7,937 nt of DNA from Octopus sinensis (taxonomy: Eukaryota), in contig NW_021828675.1 in the NCBI RefSeq assembly GCF_006345805.1, forward strand, positions 1 to 7,937, read 5' to 3'. How positions within the stretch are numbered: position 1 is the stretch's first letter; every line of letters starts with the position of its first letter. Below, one piece after another: positions 1 to 6,802 of the stretch. The translations under genes were made by a program, and so were the position numbers. Under the pieces are notes generated by a model. That model saw nothing but the letters and a program-made list of their open reading frames with translations, was not told the DNA's origin and searched no databases.

Positions 1-342
1 TATATAACATACATAATATATATATATGTATGTTATAAAGATATACGTTTCATAGATTTTATATCTTCATCTGTGTAACAACATACGAAGCGTGCACCCT
101 TTTAAACAAACATACCTTCACGCATACACCACGCCGAGGCACATTCGCATTGCGAAAATAAGTTGTACATATACAGACGCTATCAAAACACGACATTAGC
201 TTTCGAGATAATTTTACGCTCTCTTTCCGCGGTGCTCATCTTGCAAAGATCCCCAAATTGCTGCGATTTCTTTTGATGTTGTTCGAGAGAGGACGCACCA
301 ATTACAACATGCACATCTGTACATGCGTTGCACTCTTGTCTC

Positions 343-346
<4 letters not shown>

Positions 347-383
<37 letters not shown>
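347..383. repeat. (TA)n microsatellite
   Basis: Uninterrupted TA run. Confidence 0.95.
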
Positions 384-387
<4 letters not shown>

Positions 388-465
388 TTTTGAAGATCCA
401 GTTGCTTATCTAGCGACCCGCACCACCACCCCACCTGCACTCTGTATGGTTGTGTACTCACGTGT

Positions 466-549
466 GCGTAAGCGTGTGTGTTGTGTGTTTGTGTGTGAGT
501 GAGTGTGCATATATAGGCACACATATGTCCATGCATGCAACCCCTCCGG

Positions 550-618
<69 letters not shown>

Positions 619-837
619 TATATGCATAGATATATATACATATATATATATATATACATATATATATAATATATATATATACTACATACATATATATATA
701 ATATATATACATAATTATATATATATATATATATATATGCATATGGGTGTGTGTGTGTGTCTGTGTCTGTGTGGGGTGCCTGAACAAACACTCAAGCTTG
801 TTTTATGTACCTAATTGTGCGGAAGCTTGTTTGTGTT

Positions 838-901
<64 letters not shown>

Positions 902-1210
902 CATGGGTGTGTGTGTGCATGTGTGTGTGTGTGAGTTCATATACATATGTATAAATAGTCTGTAAATATATGCGTTCATATGAATGTGAATGTGTGTGTA
1001 TATATATTCATATATGTATAAATATATATGTGCGTTTATGTATATGTAAATATGTAAGCTTAACTTTATTCGTGCGCACGTGCCTCTGTGTTTCTTTGTG
1101 TATGTCTCTGTGAGTGTATATGCGTGTGTATGTGTATGTATCTGTGTGTATGTATATATGTGTGTGTCTGTGTGTATGTATGTATGTGTGTATGTGTGCA
1201 TACATATATG
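466..1210. repeat. Compound low-complexity block of alternating (GT)n and (AT)n tracts
   Basis: GT-rich 466-508, interrupted (AT)n 550-742, GT 746-772, (AT)n 838-902, GT 905-932, and mixed TA/TG to ~1210. Confidence 0.85.
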
Positions 1211-1230
1211 CTTGAAGTTCAGTAAAAGAT

Positions 1231-1348
1231 TATATATATATATACATAATATATACTATATATATATATTATATGTATACATACACACAAACATAACACA
1301 GCAGCATAGAATATATATATACATATATATATATGTATATATATATAT

Positions 1349-1399
<51 letters not shown>

Positions 1400-1401
1400 T
1401 A

Positions 1402-1436
<35 letters not shown>

Positions 1437-1538
1437 GTATATATGTATATATATATACATATATATACATATATATATGTATATTATATATATATGTATA
1501 TTTATATATATAGTATATGTTATATATATATATATATG

Positions 1539-1596
<58 letters not shown>

Positions 1597-1660
1597 CATA
1601 TATATATATGTATATATATATTCTATGCTGCTGTGTATGTTTGTGTGTATGTATGCAATT
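1231..1660. repeat. Long interrupted (TA)n microsatellite (~390 bp) followed by a TG-rich tail
   Basis: TA repeats punctuated by TAC, TAT and TGT variants from 1231 to ~1622, then (TG/TATG) to ~1660. Confidence 0.95.
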
Positions 1661-1937
1661 ATAATAGAAACGCTGTGATGTCTTCTCTTTGGTCGGCAAT
1701 CATTACATCTGTGCTTCGTTTAGTAGTAAGAAAATACCACTGCCGCCATTAGTACCCGTAATTACCCTACCCCCATCCCCCGCTACCCACACACACGTAC
1801 GTACGTACACACGCACTCATGCACGCACACACATTGCAGTGAAACATCCCCTTGTTAAATTGACTCAGTTTCTTTTTCGTTATCATCCTGCTTATGTCGG
1901 TTTTATATATATTTTTTCTATATTCATCTTTACTGCA

Positions 1938-2085
1938 ATTGTTGTTACTGTTGTTGTTGTTGTTGTTGTAAATTGCCTCTGGTGTTTTGCTTTTGTTGTG
2001 ACCGATGCTGTTACCGTAGTATTAATAGTAGTTGTAATACTTTTAGTATCGGTTGCTATTGTTGATTTGGCTGTTGTTGCTGCTT
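1938..2085. repeat. (GTT)n microsatellite with a degenerate GTT/GCT/GTA extension
   Basis: The near-perfect GTT run at 1941-1968 decays into gttgtg/gctgtt/gtagtt/gttgct triplets. Confidence 0.8.
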
Positions 2086-2279
2086 TCTTAGCGAATATTT
2101 TTATGGAATCTATAAGGTTACGGTTTCACATAATGAGACAAGGCAACACTGGATAGTAGCTGAGTACACCGTTGTTGTTTACTGATGTGTAGCGGAACAT
2201 TGTACCCACATATCTCGGTATAGTGAGCCGCATATCTCACAATGCAGTTAACAATTAGTATGATCCCGTTTGTTTTACA

Positions 2280-2679
2280 CTAGCAGTATCGCCCGGCGTT
2301 GCTCGGGTTTGTAAGGGAAATAACTATATAAGCATTTTTAGAGAGTTATAGCAAAAAAATAGCAAAAAAATGCATTAAAAATGGAATAAAAAATTATGGT
2401 AATTTTTTTTAAATCGTTGACTCATCGTAGACATTCTTAGAGAGTTACTTCCCTTATATAATAGCGAAAACATGTATTAAAATGGAAAAAATGATGGTAA
2501 ATTTTTTTTTAAATCGTAGACTCATCGTAGACGCGCGCTAATACCCAGAAGGGCTCGATATGAATCACGACTATAAGATACCCGGTTTTGGTTAAACTAC
2601 ACCGCAAAATGTGGGAGTAGTTAGGAATCTAAATCGTAGGAGACAGACAGACACACAACTTCACTTTTATATATAAAGA
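2280..2679 (-). mobile_element. Complete non-autonomous Helitron (rolling-circle element), 400 bp
   Basis: The minus strand starts A|TCTTTATATATAAAAGTGAAGTTGTGTGTCTGTCTGTCT (5' TC at 2679-2678, then a GTCT microsatellite). It ends CCCGAGCAACGCCGGG-CGATACTG-CTAG|T (16-nt GC hairpin at 2292-2307, 8 nt before a terminal CTAG at 2283-2280). It sits between A (2680) and T (2279) on the minus strand with no TSD. These are the canonical Helitron termini and AT target. Confidence 0.88.
2334..2532. repeat. Two ~100-bp tandem units inside the Helitron
   Basis: Unit 1 (2334-2432) and unit 2 (2433-2532) both begin att(t/c)ttagagagtta, contain a(t)g(c/t)attaaaa(a)tggaa..aaaaat(t/g)atggtaa-(t)n-aaatcgt, and end gactcatcgtagac. 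Confidence 0.9.
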
Positions 2680-2762
2680 TATCACGCTTTCTTCTAATTT
2701 ATGCAGCGTTTCAACGCTGCATGAAACAGAAAAGATGACGACCAAAAAACAAGCCATTATCG

Positions 2763-2847
2763 CTGTGTTTCCTAACCTATTTTTCCTCCGGGCCCCTCTA
2801 TGATTTTCCAGAAAAATGCATGCCCCACCGGTGGTTGAAAAAACAAC
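2763..2847. mobile_element. Possible very degenerate short hAT (Charlie-like) MITE
   Basis: The left end ctgtgtttcctaacctattttt resembles the CAGTGTTTCCCAACC-TTTT hAT MITE terminus. The right end gccccaccggtggttgaaaaaacaac resembles GCCCC..GGTTGAGAAACACTG. The TIRs match each other poorly and no 8-bp TSD is visible. Confidence 0.3.
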
Positions 2848-2880
2848 CCAACTTTATTTTTAATTTTCCATAATTACATT

Positions 2881-3100
2881 AAGGCGACGAGCTAGCAGAA
2901 TTAGTTGAGCATGCCTGGTAAAATGCTTAGCGGCATTTCGTCCGTCTTCATGTTCTGAGTTCAAATTCCGCCGAGGTCAACTTTGCTTATCATACTTTCG
3001 GATTCGATATAATAAGTACCAGTCAAGCACTGGGATCGATGCAATCGACTTGTTCCCTCTCCCGAAATTTTTGACCCCGTGCCAAAGTTTGAAATCAATA
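2881..3100 (+). mobile_element. tRNA-derived SINE, family A copy 1 (near full length)
   Basis: A-box-like TAGCAGAATTAG (2893-2904) and B-box GTTCAAATTC (2959-2968). It is colinear with the copies at 3410-3626 and 7797-7937, including an exact 24-nt match ctgagttcaaattccgccgaggtc (2955-2978 = 7849-7872). A candidate TSD cataattacatta (2869-2881) / cataattatataa (3104-3116) matches at 11/13. It resembles an abundant octopus SINE (recalled, not searched). Confidence 0.85.
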
Positions 3101-3271
3101 TTTCATAATTATATAATTTCTTTACAAAAATATCCACCCTAAGGCATTAGAATGGGGCTATACTATAAGAAGCAGTTTTCTCACAGATATGCTTGGCAAG
3201 GCAGAATATATGTGGAGCATCTATCCTGTGAATAAAAAAGATTTTCACAATTCCTTGCCCCACTAAAGCAA

Positions 3272-3345
<74 letters not shown>
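3272..3345. repeat. (AAT)24 microsatellite
   Basis: Perfect AAT repeat at 3272-3343 plus AA. Confidence 0.97.
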
Positions 3346-3347
<2 letters not shown>

Positions 3348-3379
3348 CGTGCTATCGATTCTGCCAGCTCAGCACCTTA
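3348..3379 (-). mobile_element. 32-nt 5' head fragment of a family A SINE, inverted relative to copy 2
   Basis: The reverse complement taaggtgctgagctggcagaatcgatagcacg matches 3409-3440 taaggtggcgagctggcaggatcgttagcacg at 28/32. It runs into the (ATT)n tract on the minus strand. Confidence 0.85.
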
Positions 3380-3409
3380 ACTATGGTTGTTATTGTATTA
3401 TATTACGCT

Positions 3410-3626
3410 AAGGTGGCGAGCTGGCAGGATCGTTAGCACGCCGGGCAAATGCTTAGCGGCTTTTCACTCGTCCTTGCTTTCTGTGTTCAAATTCTGCCCA
3501 GGTCGACAATTACCTTTTATCCTTTCGTGGTCGATTAAAACAATTACCAGTTGAATTCTGGGATCGATCTAATCGACTAAACCCCTTCCCACGAAATTGC
3601 TGGCCTTGTGCCAAAATTTGAAACCA
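3410..3626 (+). mobile_element. tRNA-derived SINE, family A copy 2
   Basis: Head aaggtggcgagctggcaggatcgttagcacgccgggcaaatgcttagcggc, with A-box-like TGGCAGGATCG (3422-3432) and B-box GTTCAAATTC (3485-3494). The 3' end cgaaattgctggccttgtgccaaaatttgaaacca aligns with copy 1 cgaaatttttgaccccgtgccaaagtttgaaatca. Confidence 0.85.
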
Positions 3627-4017
3627 AGATGTTGAAATAACCATAGTTTAGTGCAGTGTACTGTGGAATGCGGTACAACTTGTAGTTTCGTATATCACAA
3701 GTGCACCCCTATATTTCTCAGGTTTCAAGTTTCACTTTGCAACTTCAAAAAACGAAAATGCAATTCATATATTGTTACAATCCCAAGATAGGTGCTTTGA
3801 AAGTTTATATGAGAGCAGATTAGCTCTACCGTCAGGCACCATGTGGGGCTAGATATAATGTTGGACTTTGTTTCCGTTGATCAGTGCTTTGTTTTATTTC
3901 ATAACTAATATTTTCGTAGCTTGCACAGACGGACGCCGCCTACACGGAACGCAACGTGATGTCACGTGCTCTGCTGTGCTCACCGTCATCAGATCTTTCG
4001 GTGCGCTGCAGAGGCAC

Positions 4018-4052
4018 AACACACACATTTACACAAAAATTCACATGCAAAA

Positions 4053-4092
<40 letters not shown>

Positions 4093-4325
4093 ACACAAAC
4101 ACACACACAGAGGAAAATGCACACACGCACACACACACACGCACGCACAGAAACTCATGCACATATACACGCACAGATGCACACACAAACACACATGTAT
4201 ATACGCATATATTCGTATGTGTGAATGTGTATATATATTTCATTTATATATGTGTGTGCATCTACACATGTATATATATATATATTAATATATATTAATG
4301 TGTCTGTATGTATATAAATATATGC
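4018..4325. repeat. (CA)n-rich tract grading into an AT/GT low-complexity tract
   Basis: CA repeats at 4018-4200 with the purest run at ~4058-4108, then TA/TG-rich sequence. Confidence 0.9.
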
Positions 4326-4423
4326 ATTAACACAAGAACACTCAAGTAATCGTCTCTGCAAATTAAAATTTGCAAAAGAAAATATATCTCATATACTAAC
4401 GCTCTCGCGTGAATTCACACACA

Positions 4424-4427
<4 letters not shown>

Positions 4428-4475
<48 letters not shown>
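4428..4475. repeat. (TA)24 microsatellite
   Basis: Perfect TA run at 4428-4475. Confidence 0.97.
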
Positions 4476-4479
<4 letters not shown>

Positions 4480-4968
4480 TCAACTTGTGTGTCTGTGTGT
4501 GTATCTGTGTGTGTGTCTGTGTGTTTAACTTCCCGGCACATCTCCTCCTAGCCAATAAATCGTAGAACCACAAAAAATGGGTCACTTAAAGTTTAGGTGA
4601 ATGAAAATTGAACTGCGCTATTTCTGTTCCGAAATTCATCTCGCAAGTGCAAAAATCGATAATGTTTGTTTAGGCCTTATCCCATGCATTGAATAGTGAA
4701 CTTTACTCAGTCAGCTGTTTGACGTGAACTGTGTTCACCACGCGTGCAAGAAATGCGTAAATTCTATGAAAAATCTAAAATCAAGATATAAAAACGAATC
4801 GCCGTAAACATTGTAGAAATTCGGCAAAGAAATGAATTTTCGGGATGTAGCCTGGAGGGTTTTTTCGTATTAATCGTTTGGACTTTGTGAACACACACCA
4901 ATTGTTTTCATAACATTTTTAACACTTTGCATTAAATGTGACCATTTTGCAAAGCCGGGCAATACTGC
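4429..4968 (+). mobile_element. Probable degenerate Helitron related to the 2280-2679 element
   Basis: The 5' part tatatataaaaCtCaaCttgtgtgtctgt (4468-4496) matches Helitron 1's tatatataaaaGtGaaGttgtgtgtctgt with 3 mismatches. The 3' part gcaaagccgggcaatactgc (4949-4968) matches Helitron 1's gcaacgccgggcgatactgc at 18/20. The terminal CTAG and the left hairpin arm are missing, and the interior is not visibly homologous. Confidence 0.55.
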
Positions 4969-5226
4969 ACAAAGCCAGATTTCACAGGAGGGCTGCAATC
5001 AGAAAACCACTACTTTCAAAAGGAAACGCTGCAAATCATTTAGAGTGGAGTAAAAACCTACATAATTGAACCCTAGAGCAGCAAAAAAATGCTTATTTTC
5101 TCGTAAGAATCAACCTTTACCTTATTTACGACCACCGGGCGAATATACATGTGGAGAGAGCCAAAAGAAGCATTTGACCCAGACCGCCTTCTTCTAACTG
5201 TTAAAGATGGAGGAGGATCTGTGTTG
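4965..5226 (+). pseudogene. Degraded Tc1-family (IS630-Tc1-mariner) transposase fragment
   Basis: Manual translation from 4965: LHKARFHRRAAIRKPLLSKGNAANHLEWSKNLHN*TLEQQKN, then a +1 frameshift near 5091, then IFS*ESTFTLFTTTGRIYMWREPKEAFDPDRLLLTVKDGGGSVL. This matches the Tc1 motif order: LHxxGFHxRxAxRKPLL, RLEW...W(T), W+xVIFSDES (first catalytic Asp), VWR...TVKHGGGSVM. Stops are TGA 5067-5069 (conserved Trp) and TAA 5104-5106 (catalytic Asp position). Confidence 0.92.
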
Positions 5227-5240
5227 CGTGTGTGTGTGTC

Positions 5241-5311
5241 TGCTCGACTAAAGGTGGCGCTAGAGCATGGCCGCGGTCAAATGACTGAAACAAGTAAAAG
5301 AATAAAAGAAT
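5241..5311 (+). mobile_element. 3' tail fragment of a second SINE-like family (family B, copy 1)
   Basis: tgctcgactaaaggtggcgctagagcatggccgcggtcaaatgactgaaacaagtaaaagaataaaagaata shares atggccgcggtc (5267-5278 = 5622-5633) and tgaaacaagtaaaaga (5286-5301 = 5641-5656) with the next copy. It has an A-rich short-repeat tail typical of retroposed SINE 3' ends. Confidence 0.75.
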
Positions 5312-5470
5312 ATATTTGCATATATGTACACATACACGCACACACATACACACACACACGTATACATAAATAAATATATACATACATACATACATACATA
5401 TATACATGTGTGTGTGCGTGTGCGTGTGTGCGTGTGCGTGTGTGTGTGTGTATGTGTGTGTGTGTGTATG
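5312..5470. repeat. (CA)n / (TACA)n / (GT,GCGT)n compound microsatellite
   Basis: CA-rich 5330-5360, TACA 5378-5406, GT-rich 5407-5470. Confidence 0.9.
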
Positions 5471-5663
5471 TTTGCCGCTCCAAAATCGTTTGAGAACCGG
5501 AGTTGGTGTGTTTACGTCTACGTAACATTGGCGATTCGACAAAAGAGACAGAAAAGATAAGTACCAGGCTTTAACAAATTAATAAGTACTGTGGCCAGTT
5601 CATTCGGAGCGGTGCTCCGGTATGGCCGCGGTCTAGTGAATGAAACAAGTAAAAGATAAAAGA
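5407..5663 (+). mobile_element. 3' half of a family B SINE-like element (copy 2), including an upstream (GT)n tract
   Basis: (GT)n, then tttgccgctccaaaatcgtttgagaaccggagttggtgtgtttacgtctacgtaacattggcgattcgacaaaagagacagaaaagataagtaccagg...tgaaacaagtaaaagataaaaga. The 3' end is homologous to 5241-5311. It resembles a common octopus repeat with an internal microsatellite (recalled). No pol III head is present in the window. Confidence 0.72.
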
Positions 5664-5666
5664 TTA

Positions 5667-5707
<41 letters not shown>
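5664..5707. repeat. (TA)n microsatellite after the family B SINE tail
   Basis: TA run with one CA interruption. Confidence 0.95.
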
Positions 5708-5999
5708 GAATAAATCTCCTTTCTGAGGCTCCCTTTCTTTCCTGAAGAGAAGATTGCATCTTACACCGTTTTTTTCTTTGGAATAAAACTATGTTGTCTT
5801 CGAAACATATGTCGAGAGTAAAGGGATTTGTTAACATCTTCGTTCAACTCCATTTATTTATTTATTCATATATAATACATAAATTTCTGCACACGAACCC
5901 GGAGTTTTCTACCTTGGATAGGTCGCTTCAACCCTGGTATCGGTTCACCGAATTTTCCATGTTGACGGTACATAGGATAATTTCATTCAACTATCGAAA

Positions 6000-6122
6000 T
6001 ATATTATATATTATATATATATATATATATAATATATAATTATATATATATATATATATATACACATATATTATATTTTGTATGCGTGTGTATGTGTGGT
6101 GTGTAAATATATGTGTGTGTGT
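6000..6122. repeat. (TA)n then TG-rich low-complexity tract
   Basis: Interrupted TA run at 6000-6072, TG-rich 6078-6122. Confidence 0.9.
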
Positions 6123-6773
6123 GGAGTGGTTTGTCATCGTCGATCGGCAAGGTGCACACAGCCGTTCGATCAAACAAATTCCCGGAATTCCCTACTCCTG
6201 AATATGCATGAGAGACAGAGAGACTTGTGATAGAATCAGCGAAACACTGAGTGTGACCCGGATCTACAAATGCAATTACAAGTGCAATGCACCCAATGGC
6301 CTTCTGTGAAGTTTTTGTATGTCGAATTTTATGCATAAGATATATACGGAGACGGCAAAAGAATGTATACATACGTCAGGAAGGGAAAAATCTGTATTAA
6401 TATTTTAATTCATTGTTATTTATTAATTTCTCAATTACCGCTTCCTTCTATCTGTTCTTTCCTCCTATCCTTCATTCCTCCTAACTTAGCTTAATTTCTC
6501 TTAGCATAGCGTCCCCTGTTTCTCTCCGACGTCCTTTTTCTCCGTCCTACAAACGGCGTTACTCTGTTGTCTCTCTGTACTGATACGTATGTATATTTGT
6601 GCACGTTTGAGTATCAGAATAAATAAGTGTAATTACGTCGACAGTTCCCTTATTATCATCGCTGCTGAGAAGTGTTATATTTATATAGGAGAATTCTTTT
6701 TCATAAGAACTTCTATAAATAAAACCCCAAAACTTGTCACAGTGTTTGCACCCATGCTGATTCGTACGAATGC

Positions 6774-6802
6774 ATCACGTGACGTATGTTGAGTCACGTG
6801 AA
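6774..6802. promoter_or_regulatory. Candidate bHLH-ZIP/bZIP motif cluster (two TCACGTGA E-boxes, an AP-1 site and a CRE half-site)
   Basis: TCACGTGA at 6775-6782 and 6794-6801; TGAGTCA at 6790-6796 overlapping the second; TGACGT at 6780-6785 overlapping the first. This is motif presence only, with no functional evidence. Confidence 0.3.

Noticed and set aside
229-279. Minus-strand peptide TSKEIAAIWGSLQDEHR resembling an HMG-box helix (SKxxxxxWxxLxxE)
   Set aside because: A stop follows within a few codons, upstream HMG residues are absent and splice signals are weak. It is most likely chance.
342-1752. Many overlapping ORFs rich in IY, YI, VC and HT
   Set aside because: They are translations of (AT)n, (GT)n and (CA)n repeats, which lack stop codons. 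They are open on both strands and have no protein-like composition.
1689-2156. 155-aa Val-rich hydrophobic ORF resembling a membrane protein; includes AVKHPLVKL, loosely like the AGC-kinase HPFIVKL motif
   Set aside because: The hydrophobicity comes from the degenerate (GTT)n repeat and the N-terminal part spans CA/ACGT repeats. The kinase-like match is a few residues with no other kinase motifs.
2334-2532. CRISPR-like or other prokaryotic repeat array
   Set aside because: There are only two ~100-bp contiguous units with no spacers, in a eukaryotic context and inside a Helitron.
2881-2975. tRNA gene (A and B boxes present)
   Set aside because: I could not build a cloverleaf, and the sequence continues into a conserved SINE body repeated three times in the window.
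3868-4361. Cluster of six ORFs, including TERNVMSR, loosely like PDK1 RERDVMSR
   Set aside because: They are mostly (CA)n translations. The similarity stops before the expected LDHPF and no donor site supports an exon there.
5334-5460. Long inverted repeat between the CA tract (5341-5360) and the GT tract (5438-5459)
   Set aside because: Complementarity is expected from any adjacent (CA)n and (GT)n microsatellites and carries little information.
5791-6372. ORFs 5791-6039 (+) and 6040-6372 (-) with non-repetitive cores
   Set aside because: I recognise no domain in any frame I translated, they are not a continuation of the Tc1 transposase, and both run into microsatellites.
6589-6792. 67-aa ORF and GTATGT donor-like sites near 6587
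   Set aside because: It is short with no recognisable homology. GTATGT-like strings are frequent in this TA/TG-rich DNA.
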